Positions 1-12,193 of a stretch of 64,000 nt of DNA are shown in pieces. The position numbers and the translations under genes are program-made. Under the pieces are notes generated by a model. It was not told where the DNA came from. It searched no databases and saw only the letters and a list, made by a program, of their open reading frames with translations. Origin of the DNA: Octopus sinensis (taxonomy: Eukaryota); contig NC_042999.1 in NCBI RefSeq assembly GCF_006345805.1, forward strand, positions 310,001-374,000, read 5' to 3'. Each line of letters starts with the position of its first letter. The stretch's first letter is position 1.

Positions 1-198
1 CCTCCCCTCTCCGTGCCACCAGTGTCATCCAATGGAAAGGCAAAAGCACCTCTGACTCATTCGTACAGCTGAGTAAACTGGAGCAACGTGAAATAAAGTG
101 TCTGGTTCAAGAACACAACACGCAACCCGGTCCGGGATTCGAGCTCACAACCTCACGATCGTAAGCCCGACGCTCTAATCACTGAGCCATGCGGCCCC
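1..198 (-). mobile_element. tRNA-derived SINE (family C-type head), cut by window edge
   Basis: Minus strand reads GGGGCCGCATGGCTCAGTGATTAGAGCG...GTGAGCTCGAATCCCGG (A/B-box-like), then GTGTTCTTGAACCAGACACTTTATTTCACGTTGCTCCAG, a core shared with copies at 12902 and 44116. Confidence 0.8.
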
Positions 199-516
199 CA
201 CACACACACACTGCGAAAAACCGTTTACCAGGAATGATAGTATGCACACACGCGCACATACATATAACTGACTAGCTAGCTTACTACATAGTTGTCTAGC
301 TGTCTGTCACTCAGTCTGACCGATTTTCTGCGTGTCTGTCCCTGTGTGTGTTGGTCTGTCTGTCTGTTTGTATGCATATATGTGTGTCTCTATAAGTATG
401 TATGTGTATGTGTGTGTGTGTATGTGTGTGTGCGTGTGTGTGCGTTTGCGCGAGTATACTGTCATCTCTGGTAATCAGTACATCACGGGCGCTGGAAAAT
501 CAGCATTAAAAAGATG

Positions 517-774
517 CAGTGTTTCTGAACTATATATTTTTTAAACTATGGGTTCCTTTGATTCCAATTTTACTCAGATCGACCTGCATGGACATTCCAT
601 GCTTCAGAAATTCCTAGTATACTTTTATAATCAAATATTAGAAATTGTAGACGAATAATTATTAAAATATTTTATGTATTGTAGAATTAAAATCAATTTA
701 TCGAAAATATATTTTGACAACACAATCTTAAATGGGGCCCCCAGGGTTATAGGGACTCCGGTTGAGAACCACTG
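517..774. mobile_element. hAT (Charlie-like) MITE
   Basis: Terminal inverted repeats CAGTGTTTCTGAAC (517) and GGTTGAGAACCACTG (760-774) match the CAGTGGTTCTCAACC-type hAT-Charlie TIR. No 8-bp TSD visible. Confidence 0.6.
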
Positions 775-891
775 GCATAAAATATAAAATCACTAAAATA
801 CGCAAGAACTATGATTCACAATGTTTATTGCATAGCAGTTGCGCTCCCTCTGTATTTGTTACTCAGACTTTCCATCACTTATGACTGTTCA

Positions 892-896
892 GGCAT

Positions 897-928
<32 letters not shown>

Positions 929-966
929 ATATATGTATATATATATATATGTACATATATATATAT

Positions 967-997
<31 letters not shown>

Positions 998-1005
998 CTA
1001 TATAT

Positions 1006-1059
<54 letters not shown>

Positions 1060-1073
1060 TATATACATATATA

Positions 1074-1158
<85 letters not shown>

Positions 1159-1190
1159 CATATGTACATACATATATATGTATGTATATA
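892..1190. repeat. (TA)n microsatellite
   Basis: Long interrupted TA tract; source of the YI-repeat ORFs. Confidence 0.97.
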
Positions 1191-1400
1191 GGGAACAGAA
1201 GAAAGAAGAAGAAAGAAGACAGCACTCAACACCAGAGCTGAAGACACCTCCGAAAGTGTGGGGGGGGGGCGCCACGTCAAAACGGTAGAGGAGTAGGGGC
1301 CGAAACCGGACGTGGTTCCTCCTGATGATGTCTTGAGCTAACTGGATCCTATAAAGGAGCTGTTGTGGTAGCAGACCACGAAACACGGTTGAAATTCCTC
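1191..1400 (+). mobile_element. 3'-terminal fragment of the HERO-like LINE 3' UTR
   Basis: Closely matches 10143-10340 and 48270-48459 (GGGAACAGAAGAAAGAAGA...CACGAAACACGGTTG.AATTCCT). Confidence 0.85.
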
Positions 1401-1917
1401 CATGGGTACAGGAAGTCACAAAACGTGAACAACATGAAATACGAAAATAACGTTGGGTACGCAAAGAACGAGAGAAATAAATGAAAAACGAAACAAGTAA
1501 CATAAAAAAAGTCCCTTTCATCAGTTGCGGGCTGTCCTTCTGCTCCTTATTTGGAGCAATGAACGACAAGACAAGATTTTAAAGGCAGTTGCTTCTGTGA
1601 AACAAAATAAAATTTGGGATTTGCGAAGGGTCGAAATTGGTATCAAAAACAGGACATACAACAAACGAAACGAAACGAATACAAACAGGGGTGGGGGGTG
1701 CGTTAGGCTCAGACGAGGTCATCGTTCTTTTCCTGCAGCCTGTTGTGCAGTGAAGACGTATTCCTGTCTGTTTCCTCTCCTATCTTTTCTGTTATCAAAG
1801 AATCTTCTTCCAGCGTTCACTATCTTACCTCGTCTGAGACCTTCCCTGTTTGTATTCCCAAGGGAAAGTCAAACGCCGATACAGCTTGGCACCAGTGACG
1901 TCATAACACGTTTCTAC

Positions 1918-2022
1918 AAATGAGTGAACTGGAGCAATGTGAAATATAGCGTCTGGCTCAGGAACACAGCTCACTATCTCGTGATTGGAAGCCTAACACC
2001 CTAACCACTAGACCACGCGCCT
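1918..2022 (-). mobile_element. Degenerate SINE family C head fragment
   Basis: Minus strand reads GAAGGCGCGTGGTCTAGTGGTTAGGG...TCACATTGCTCCAGTTCACTC, as in the other family C copies. Confidence 0.65.
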
Positions 2023-2117
2023 TCATATAAGTTGTGTGTGTGCAGCGAGAGAGAGAGCGAGAGAGAGAAATTTATGCATATATATACATATATATATATC
2101 AGTATATATATATGTAT

Positions 2118-2910
2118 AGGCGAAGGAGTGGCTGTGTGGTAACTCTCTTTTCTCTTTTACTCTTTTACTTGTTTCAGTCATTTGACTGCGGCCATGCTGG
2201 AGCACCGCCTTTAGTCGAGCAAATCGACCCCGGAACTTATTCTTTGTAAGCCCAGTACTTATTCTATCGGTCTCTTTTGCCGAACCGCTAAGTGACGGGG
2301 ACGTAAACACACCAGCATCGGTTGTCAGGCAATGCTAGCGGGACAAACACAGACACACAAACACACACACACACATACATATATATATACATATATACGA
2401 CAGGCTTCTTTCAGTTTCCGTCTATCAAATCCACTCACAAGGCATTGGTCGGCCCGGGGCTATAGCAGAAGACACTTGCCCAAGATGCCACGCAGTGGGA
2501 CTGAACCCGGAACCATGTGGTTGGTTAGCAAGCTACTTACCACACAGCTACTCCTGCGCCTTGCTAACCAAACCACATGGTTCCGGTTTCAGTCCCACTT
2601 CGTGGCATCTTGGGCAAGTGTCTTCTGCTATAGCCCCGGACCGACCAATGCTTGTGAGTGGATTTGATAGACGGAAACTGAAAGAAGCCTGTCGTATATA
2701 TGTGCGTGTCTGTGTTGGTCCCCCTAGCATTGCTTGACAACCGATGCTGGTGTCTTTACGTCCCTGTCACTTAGCGGTTCGGCAGAGAAGATCCCGATAG
2801 AATAAGTACTGGCTTACAAAGAATAAGTCCGGGTCGATATGCTCGACTAAAGGCGGTGCTCTAGAATGGCCGCAGTCAAATGACTGAAACAAATAAAAGA
2901 GTAAAGAGAG
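2118..2910 (+). mobile_element. SINE family A copy interrupted by an antisense family A copy
   Basis: Head AGGCGAAGGAGTGGCTGTGTGGTAA (2118-2142) resumes at 2562 (TGCTAACCAAACCACATGGTTCC) and runs to the GTAAAGAGAG tail. Confidence 0.85.
2143..2561 (-). mobile_element. SINE family A (tRNA head, CORE-like domain, internal microsatellite, (GTAAAAGA)n tail), full length
   Basis: Minus strand reads AGGCGCAGGAGTAGCTGTGTGGTAAG...GGTTCAGTCCC...GGCATCTTGGGCAAGTGTCTTCTGCTATAG...(TA/TG)n...GCATGGCCGCAGTCAAATGACTGAAACAAGTAAAAGAG. Confidence 0.9.
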
Positions 2911-3339
2911 ATTATGTATACACGTACACACACGCTCAGAATACACGCACACACACATATACACACATACACACATACATATTTCTACACGTATACATGC
3001 ATATGCACTTCTCCATGGAAAACATACAGACATATTTATAGAAACGCGCAATACATATACAAGCTCACAATACACACACACACACACACATACACACAAA
3101 CACACGCAAAATGTACATACGCATACTTATACAAAGAACCCATCTGTATGTCTCCATACTTACGCAGTTATCTAAATAAGACCTGCTGCAGGTTGGAGAG
3201 ATACGTGTATTCATTGGTTCAGCGATGCACAAATACCTTCACGTCATCTAAGCGTACGAACGCCTACGTATCTCGGTACACTTGTAAAAGCAACTGTGAA
3301 ATATGCTACGCTCTTGCGGCCAAAAGCATATATTGTAAT

Positions 3340-3603
3340 AAAAGTAATATATGTGTGTGTGTGTATGTGTGTGTATGAGTGTGTGTGTCTGTGTGTGTGC
3401 GTGCGCGCACGCGCATTATGTGGAACTTGTTGAAACGTATTTGTCTATATGCTTGTAAATGTTCTCTTTGTCTGTCTGTCTCTCCCTCTCTCCGTCTCCC
3501 TCTCTCTCTTTCTCTCTCTCTCTGTATATATTATATATATATATATTATATATATATATGTATACTGATATATATATATATATGTATACTGATATATATA
3601 TAT

Positions 3604-3635
<32 letters not shown>

Positions 3636-3922
3636 CATATATATTCACGTATATATTATATACGTGAATGTGTATGCTACATATCTCATGAATATATTTT
3701 GTAATGTATATCTATCTATCTATATTTTTCTCTGTGTATATATATATATATATACACATCATACATACACACATACATATATATATATATAGGTACTTAT
3801 ATATTTATATATCATACGTAAACGCAACACAGACTCCCACACATTACTACATCCGTATAAGTGTATAGATACACATATATATATATACATATCTACACAC
3901 ACAGACACACACATATATATAT

Positions 3923-3953
<31 letters not shown>

Positions 3954-4060
3954 CATATACACACACACATATATATATACACACACATACGTACATACAT
4001 ATATAGATGTATACATATACAAACAAACATACACACACACACACAAATATATATGTAAAT
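3340..4060. repeat. Compound (TG)n/(CT)n/(TA)n/(CA)n microsatellite field
   Basis: Directly visible dinucleotide tracts. Confidence 0.9.
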
Positions 4061-4444
4061 TCTTTTTAATAGCACGCACCTGCATGCTGATGCACACATA
4101 CATGCACTCACGCAAGATCACGTCACTTTACATTACAGGAGTGAGTGCATACGCAGAAATATAATGTTGAGTGCAGATAATTATTAACATTACCAAGTGC
4201 AGCGCATAATCAGGGCGTGATTGCCTGAGCTAAAAACGTGTGAAAAGTATATGACGCCTTAGATTGCATTTCAGAGAAGCCTTCAAGATTTTTTTTTCTT
4301 TGCAAACGTTAATATTAATTAATTAAACTTGGGTAATTAAGGCCTCGTCACCCTCTCCCATACATACATATACATATATGTATATGCATACCCATATGCA
4401 CATATATATGTTTACACACATCCGTGCATTCATGTAGGTATATT

Positions 4445-4465
4445 TATATATATATCTACCTAGAG

Positions 4466-4533
<68 letters not shown>

Positions 4534-4648
4534 TTATCAATCTATCTATCTATCTATCTATCAATCTATCTATCTATCAATCTATCTATCTATCTATCTA
4601 TCTATCAATCTATCTATCTATCTATCTATCTATTTTTCTCTCTGCACC

Positions 4649-4716
<68 letters not shown>

Positions 4717-4790
4717 CCTACCTACCTACCTACCTACCTACCTACCTACCTATCTCTATCTGTATATACATACATATACACATGAATAGA
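4445..4790. repeat. (TATC)n/(TACC)n microsatellite
   Basis: Directly visible tetranucleotide tract. Confidence 0.97.
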
Positions 4791-5100
4791 TAAGTCTGTA
4801 GATGTTTCATATTCCTCAACATACCGTAACTAGTTTTAGATATTTCAGTGGATCTAAGACACTTCACAAAAATCCTATTATAGATCTCTCTCTCATGCTT
4901 TATCACTTCCTCTCTCTCCCACTCTCACTCGCTCATTCTGTCTCTCTAAAGAAATTTACACACACATACAGGCATACATTCGCACAATTACACTCGTACA
5001 CTCGTATATGTGTGCATAAGTGTGTGTTTATTGAAAAATGATGTATATTTGTAGTAGTAAATACATATATTTATGTATGCGTTTGTGTGTGCAGGATTAG

Positions 5101-5178
5101 TGGGGGAGCCTTATAGCCATCTGTTGAGATGGATTCTTTGGGGTTTGAATAATTCGTGTCTCGAAAAATGGGAGTTTT
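5101..5178 (+). mobile_element. Fragment of the (TAA)n-tailed family D element
   Basis: TGGGGGAGC..ATAGCCAT.TGTTGAGATGGATTCTTTGGGGTTTGAATAATTC matches 26705 onward and the reverse complement of 12480-12535. Confidence 0.7.
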
Positions 5179-5885
5179 GTTCATCACTCTTAAAGAAGAA
5201 CTGGAGAGTCAGATTAAGAGGTTTACAGGGTTTTCGATATCTTGAGGCCAGTGCATTTTTCTATTACCCACTCATTCTTGTTTTACCTTATATCCTGCTA
5301 TTTCGATCACCAAACTTATTACTTCGAATCTTTGCCCTTGAATCGAATACATCGGATTAACGTTGAGGTATTGTGCAAACTGAAGATTGACGTTAAACTA
5401 TTGTTCTTCCATGGGCTGATAATATTTTCAAGGAGATCCTTCTTCATCTGTTGTCTGATGAATCACAGCCGGGGTCCTTCTCTCGTGAGTCTAGACGTTG
5501 ATTACTTTGATTCAACAAGGAAAACCAGCCTTTGGAAGCAACCTTTATACAACTCACCAATGCCTGCGCCCTTATAAACCATATGAATACCTGCCCTCAA
5601 CAACAAATCCAGCTTGAAATTCTAATTATCTAAGCCTAAAACCAGTTTTAAAACGTTTGTGAAATGCTCTGCATTAAAAAAAAATATCCGCTATTCAAAA
5701 CAACATTTCATCGTTCTTGCGTCTAACCGCAAGATCAGTGGATTTTCAGATTACGATAAAACATATCGATATATACACAAATGACTCTCTTTAAACATTT
5801 TCTACAACGCGAGAAAGGAACCGGCAAATCATTTTAGGCATTCAAACTGCTGCGAGTTCGTATTAGTCGTCGCATGGTTTTAAGT

Positions 5886-6679
5886 GAAAAGGCAGCAGGC
5901 CTAAAATTTGGGGAGAGGGGGTCAGTCGATTGGACCGACCCTAGTACGCAACTAGTACTTAATTTTTCGAGCCTGAAGTGATGAAAGGCAAAGTCGACCT
6001 CAGCAGAATTTGAACTCAGAACATAAAGACAGACGAAACACCGCTAGGCATTTCGGCCGGCGTACTAAAGTTTCTTATTTCTTTATTGCCCACAAGAGGC
6101 TAAACATAGGGGACAAACAAAAGGCTAAACACAGAAGGGACAGACAAAGGGATTAAGTCGATTACATCGACACCAGTAGGTGACTGGTACTTAATTTGTC
6201 GACCCCGAAGGGATGAAAGGCAAAGTCGACCTTGGCGGAATTTGAACTCAGAACGTAGCGGCAGACGAAATACCTATTTCTTTACTACCCACAAGGGGTT
6301 AAACACAGAGGGGAAAAACATGGAAAGACAAAGGGATTAAGTCGATTACATCGACCCCAGTGCGTAACTGGTACTTATTTTAATCGACCCCGAAAGGATG
6401 AAAGGCAAAGTCGACCTCGGCGGAATTTGACCTCAGAACGTAGCGGCAGACGAAATACCTATTTCTTTACTACCTACAAGGGGCTAAACACGGAGAGGAC
6501 AAACAAGGAAAGACAAACGGATTATATCGACCCCAGTGCGTAACTGGTACTTAATTTATCGACACCGATAGGGTGAAAGGTAAAATCGACCTCGGCGGAA
6601 TTTGAACTCAGAACGTAGCGGCAGACGAAATACCGCTAGGTATTTTCGCCCGGCGTGCTAACGTTTCTGCCAGCTCGCT
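5886..6679 (-). mobile_element. SINE family B tandem array (1 head, 4 bodies)
   Basis: Repeated unit of about 180 bp containing GACCCCGAAAGGATGAAAGGCAAAGTCGACCTCGGCGGAATTTGAACTCAGAACG. A single head (GCGAGCTGGCAGAAACGTTAG on the minus strand) lies at the 6679 end. Confidence 0.92.
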
Positions 6680-6786
6680 ATTCCAAAAGTGCTCATTCTC
6701 AGAAAACTTGCGTGCGACGTGATGTCTTTATTTATATCACGGATGAGTAAATTTACTTCTAAGTCTGTACTCGTGATATTTTGGCA

Positions 6787-6808
6787 GAGAGAGAGAGAGA
6801 GAGAGAGG

Positions 6809-6864
<56 letters not shown>

Positions 6865-6868
6865 AGAA
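6787..6868. repeat. (GA)n microsatellite
   Basis: Directly visible. Confidence 0.97.
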
Positions 6869-7534
6869 GGAATCTAAAAGCAATTGTCTTTTCCTCTATT
6901 TATGCGTATTATTATTTTACGAGCAATGTTACTCGCTATCTGCTAATGTATACCTGAGCCACCTCCATTATATTGAAGTGTAAGCATATCAGCGCTCTTA
7001 CAACGCAAGTAAATGTTGCCTCCTTTATATATTTTCACAGCTTTCTTATTTGATATTATAGTTACTTTGCATGTTGTTTCTCGTATCAGCCGTTTGCCGT
7101 TTTTATTGTTGCTGCTGAGAAGTTCTGTCAGAGCGGTTACAGCCTTATCGTTTTTCTTTAAATGTTTTTGTTGTTTATCTAACTGTAGTTGTCAGTATTT
7201 CTGTTTTAATGTTGGAATTATTGCTTCTATTCGGGCAATTATTCCCAATACATATTTGATGCTTGTTATATTTGTTTATTTATCTGTATATTAGTCGTTT
7301 ATTTATTTGCTTTTACTCCTGTTAACGAAAGAGAAAGCTTGTAAGTATTATTATTATAAGAAACATCTCCAATCGTAACCACCGTATCCGTGCTAAGAGT
7401 GTTCCTGATTTCACGGTAGAAAGAAATAGCAAATGGCAAAATATCTTACTGCAAATGGGGAACATATATATAACAATTTCTCTCTATTTCGCTTTCTTGA
7501 GATAATAAACATAGAAAATAAATACCAAAGAAAA

Positions 7535-7659
7535 TAATAATAATAATAATAACAAATTATCGTTAATAGAAGCAAATATTACAAAAGTGCAGAAGCTGTC
7601 TCAGGAGATGCTTACCTGCAGAAAACCCAGCAACAACAACAACAACAACAATAATAGTA

Positions 7660-7734
<75 letters not shown>

Positions 7735-7793
7735 GGAGTCGGGAAGACACTCGGCAAGAAATGGAAGCAAATTTGAAAGAAGAAAAACCCATA

Positions 7794-7864
<71 letters not shown>

Positions 7865-7880
7865 TAATAATAACAATAAT
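7535..7880. repeat. (TAA)n/(CAA)n microsatellite blocks
   Basis: Directly visible; source of the poly-N/poly-L/poly-I ORFs. Confidence 0.95.
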
Positions 7881-8334
7881 GATTTATCGCATAAACACAA
7901 AACCAGAAAATTACTGGAATCGTTATACGACCACTGCACTTGAATTTTGCTCTATTTCCTCTAACTCCGAAGGATGAAAGACTAAAGTTACCTGAACGGG
8001 ATGTAAATTTATTTCTTCTTATTATTTAAAAAAAAAAAATTCAAATTGCTTTATTATTTTTATTAATTGTAATGGCTTGTTTAAGAATGATGTCGATTAT
8101 AGTATTAATAATATAAATAATACCAAACAGGTGAAACAATGAGTTTACGCGAAGGTGAGCAGTTGTTAACATACAAAAAACACCGCACGAACTACAATTC
8201 TGCATAAACATCAGGAACATTCTGAGGTGCATTCTGAGGTCTAACAGAATATCGGATGAAAGATAATGATGATGATGATGATGATGATGATATTCATTAT
8301 CATATATTCATAATTATAATTATAATAACAGTTT

Positions 8335-8500
8335 CAAATTTTGTTACAAGTTGATTACATTAGCACCTGTTCTTGACTGGTACTTTATTTTATCGACCCC
8401 CAAAAGGATAAAAAGCAAACATTAACCTCGGCGTCATTTCAACTCAGAACGTAAACAACTGGAAGAAAAGCCATGAAGCATTTTGTCCGACGCGCAAATT
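8335..8500 (-). mobile_element. Degenerate SINE family B single copy
   Basis: GACTGGTACTTTATTTTATCGACCCCCAAAAGGATAAAAAGCAAAC...CTCAGAACGTAAAC. Confidence 0.75.
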
Positions 8501-8511
8501 ATTCTGTTAAC

Positions 8512-8549
<38 letters not shown>

Positions 8550-8553
8550 GTAA

Positions 8554-10340
8554 TACCAGGAAATGGCTCTCATAGCTTCTGATCTTGACTGATTGGAAGT
8601 GTTGTGGCCATTGCAAATGTACGAAATAGCTTCGAGTATAATAGAAAGGATGGAGCAAAGATGCAGTGTGTTTATCAGAAAATGGCTTGGTCTGCCGAAA
8701 CCACTGAATACAACTGCACTATATGGAAAACCCGTGCTGCAACTACCAATAACATCAATCGCCGAAGAATATAAGGCAGGAAAGGCAAGGACAGTAATGA
8801 TTCTAAGGTATTCAAAAGATCAGAGCATCCGGGAAAACCCTCCAAAGGTACGAACAGGGAGGAAATGGAAGGCGGATGAGGCAGTAAACAGGGCGATCGG
8901 AAAACTAAAGCACGCAGATGTAGTCGGAGCGACGCAAGAAGCTAGAACCGGCCTAGGGTCGCAAAATTTCTGGTCATTTTGCAAGAGCAGTGTAAAAGAG
9001 ATGAAAGGGGCAGTAGTATACGAAGAAAGGCGAAATTTACATTTGGTGCAATGCAGTCAACAGGGACAGTGCCTGAGATGGGAGGAATATGTGATCAACC
9101 ACAGAATATCATGGAAGGAACTTTGGGCTTGGGAACAAGCAAGAACATCCTTCCTGATCAAGTCTACCTTCGACGTTCTACCCTCACCGGCGAACGTAGT
9201 CCGGTGGAACATAAACAAAACCGATGAGTGTAGATGCGGAGAGAAAGCGACGGTTAGACATGTTCTGTCAGGTTGCAGACTAGCACTTGAAAGATATACA
9301 TGGCGGCATAATCAAGTCCTCGGTGTCATAAGCGAAGCACTCAAGGAGAGGATCGAGAGGTACAATAGGGGAGAGTACCCAAAAGTAGAAACGCTCGGGA
9401 AAGTATACTTCCACAAGGAGGGAAAAGGTTATAAAACCAGGCCTACAAGTAAAGTATACGAGATGGACGAAAGATGGAAGGGATTCTGCGAGGTGGCCAC
9501 GGACTTGGAAAGACAAGTAGTATTTTCACTAATAAAAACAACAAAAAGACCGGATTTTGTTCTATGGAACAGAGACCGGAGAATGGGAATTTTACTAGAA
9601 CTGACTAGAACTGGGAAGAGAACATCAGCAATGCAGAGGAACGAAAGGAGAAGAGGTATGAAAAACTAATCGAAGAATGCAGAGAACAGGGATGGAATGT
9701 CGAATATTATCACCTGGCAGTGGGGGCTAGAGGCTTCATTGAAAAGAAAATGACAATGCTTTTCAAGATTTCTTTTTTCTAGCCTCGAGCTGCGTAAACT
9801 AATAGGGAGAGTACAGGAGGCGGTCGAAAAAGCCAGCTTCTATATATGGCTGAAGTGGGAAGACCGAAAATGGCTTGAAAGTCATAAACACGCCGACGGG
9901 AAATAACATCATTAGGTGAGACAAGCTGACTGAATCAGCTTCGCTGACTGACAGGTGACGGTCGTGTAGAAAGAGCGCGGGCTAAAACTACGCGCCTTCA
10001 CTAGCCAGGTAAGGTGAGACAGTGTCACGTGACAACTTCCTGGGGCTGCTTGCTGGAGCCTAGCGGCAGGTATTTAGAGGGAGAAATTTGACAAGACAGT
10101 CAGTCACCGGCTGACACTCGCTGATGATACATCGAAGAGGCCAGGGAACAGAAGAAAGAAGACATGCACCCAATACCAGAGCTGAAGACACCTCCGAAAG
10201 GGGGGGGGGGCACGTCAAAACGGTAGAGGAGCAGGGGCCGAAACCGGACGTCGTTCCTCCTGATGATGTCTTGAGCTAACTGGATCCTATAAAGGAGATG
10301 TTGTGGTAGCAGACCACGAAACACGGTTGTAATTCCTCCT
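8554..10340 (+). mobile_element. 5'-truncated HERO-like non-LTR retrotransposon (post-RT region, CCHC, RLE) with about 430-nt 3' UTR
   Basis: ORF 8593-9669 contains LWPLQMYE...IRKWLGLP...VRTGRKWKA, a CRCGEKATVRHVLSGC zinc knuckle, RYTWRHNQVL and the RPDFVLW...ELT restriction-like endonuclease motif. After two frameshifts it continues WEENISNAEERK...AVGARGF and EKASFYIWLKWE to a TAA at about 9906. Clade assignment is from recalled HERO motifs, not a database search. Confidence 0.85.
8593..9906 (+). pseudogene. Frameshifted C-terminal half of an RLE-type LINE polyprotein
   Basis: Two frameshifts (about 9610 and 9770); RT core absent. Confidence 0.85.
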
Positions 10341-10357
10341 AAAAGATAGGCTACAGC

Positions 10358-10790
10358 AAATATTCTGCTTAGTGCCACAGATTTGCTTGTCAGTTGTTTG
10401 ACTATAAACATTTGAGCCTATCCCTTAGTGACTGACGTTACGTGCATCTCAGATCACGAGCATAGGAAGTTGGGGAACATCATAGCCATGTGTTAAGAGG
10501 AATTCAACTTTGGAAACATGGTTGGTTCGTTCAACATCCTTAAACAAGCCTTATTTGGGGACCTTTTGAACGGGATGGGGGCTACTCAACCTGCAAGAAT
10601 TCTAACTGGGCGCCACCTGCAAGGTTATGTGCTGTTTATCTTGATACGAGATCACAATGTCGCCAAAATATTGCTGTGATGCTTCCGCCTGGTCTACCCT
10701 TATCAGACGGGTAGTCATGATGGGTATACTCGGCTTCGTATATTGTACCCCAGTGTAATTTTGATGGCATGCACTGCTCTCTCACTCAAT
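10358..10790 (+). mobile_element. Family D non-coding element ending in CTCTCTCACTCAA(TAA)n
   Basis: Reverse complement of 12194-12650 and collinear with 26705-27050. No tRNA head; probably a LINE 3' UTR or a tail-derived SINE. Confidence 0.8.
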
Positions 10791-10807
10791 AATAAAATAA
10801 TATAATA

Positions 10808-10839
<32 letters not shown>

Positions 10840-10844
10840 AATAA

Positions 10845-10928
<84 letters not shown>

Positions 10929-11128
10929 GACAACAACAACACCACTACCAACAACAAAAACAACAACAGCAACATCAACAATAACAACAACAACAACAAC
11001 AACAACAATAATAATAATAATAATAGTAATAGCGTGTGAATAAAATAAAAGTACTCTATAATAATAAAGCAACTAGAACAACAACAACAACAACAACAAC
11101 AATAACAATAATGATAATAATAATAGTA
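10790..11128. repeat. (TAA)n/(CAA)n microsatellite
   Basis: Directly visible. Confidence 0.95.
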
Positions 11129-11139
11129 ATTTTTTCCAG

Positions 11140-11285
11140 ATGCTTCAAGGTGGAATAAATTTATCCTGAGATTCTTGCGAAGAAAACATCTTCCTGAAAG
11201 AATTAGAGATTATATAGACGCCGAGGAACTACCCATAATGGCCGACATTGAAAACGTAATGAATGGCCGCAACTTCAGCACTTAA
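11140..11285 (+). CDS. Candidate terminal coding exon (phase 1), unknown protein
   Basis: Acceptor TTTTTTCCAG| followed by an open frame (x)ASRWNKFILRFLRRKHLPERIRDYIDAEELPIMADIENVMNGRNFST* in non-repetitive sequence. Confidence 0.35.
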
Positions 11286-11461
11286 CTAAGATTATATATG
11301 TAGAAGTACCATTAGAATTTAATGCAAGATTACACCAAGAGCGCAGAATATAATATGATTACATCAACAGCTACAGCAATACATACGAACTACTTAAGAA
11401 AATATTATTTAGAGTTTGACCGTGCATACATATAGACAAACAGAAAGATACACATGTATAT

Positions 11462-11530
<69 letters not shown>

Positions 11531-11724
11531 GCACACATATAGATGTTCATACGTCATAGAGACAAACTGGATGTAATTATATAGTAAATTGCGTGGGTAT
11601 AGAGATACCTGAGGCACATAAATAAAAGGGATGCTGATAATGCACACGTAAATTGAACACTGCAGAAATATAGGTCACTAACGATCATGGTGGGGAGGAT
11701 GGGGATAACCAGGAGGATGGAGAG

Positions 11725-11759
11725 ATTGTTGATGAGGATGATGATGGTGATGATTGGTT

Positions 11760-11790
<31 letters not shown>

Positions 11791-11990
11791 GGATTATGAT
11801 AATGATGATGACGGTGATGATGATGATGATGACGACGGCGGCTACGATAACGACGACGATAATGATGGTGATGATGATGATGACGACGACGACGACTATG
11901 ATGATGATGATGATGATAATGATGATAAAGACGAAGAAGTGGACAACGACGATGAGGACGTTGCTACTGACAACAACAATAAAGCAGCAA
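11725..11990. repeat. Decaying (GAT)n/(GAC)n microsatellite
   Basis: Triplets are mostly 1-2 substitutions away from GAT. Confidence 0.9.
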
Positions 11991-12193
11991 CTAAACAGCA
12001 TTTGTAAGAGGGTGGGTTAGTCAATACTATTGTCACCGGTACTCGACTGCTATTTTATTCTATCACACCAGAAGGTATTGAGAAGTAAAGTAGACCTCCG
12101 CAGGATTTGAACTCATAAAGTAAAGATCCGGAAAAATACAGAAACACATTTTTTCCGATGCTTTAATCTCTATCATAATCATTATTATTATCA

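Noticed and set aside
7587-7943. Poly-Asn ORF
   Set aside because: (TAA/CAA)n microsatellite with short spacers; no domain and no consistent splice sites.
10240-10340. Hammerhead reading of the HERO 3' UTR (CTGATGA...CGAAACACGGTT)
   Set aside because: Helix II is plausible, but helix I cannot form beyond 1-2 bp in any of the three copies and the register next to GAAA is wrong.
11687-12007. Asp-rich ORF resembling acidic biomineralisation proteins
   Set aside because: Codons are 1-2-step variants of GAT, as expected from microsatellite decay; no signal peptide or exon boundaries.
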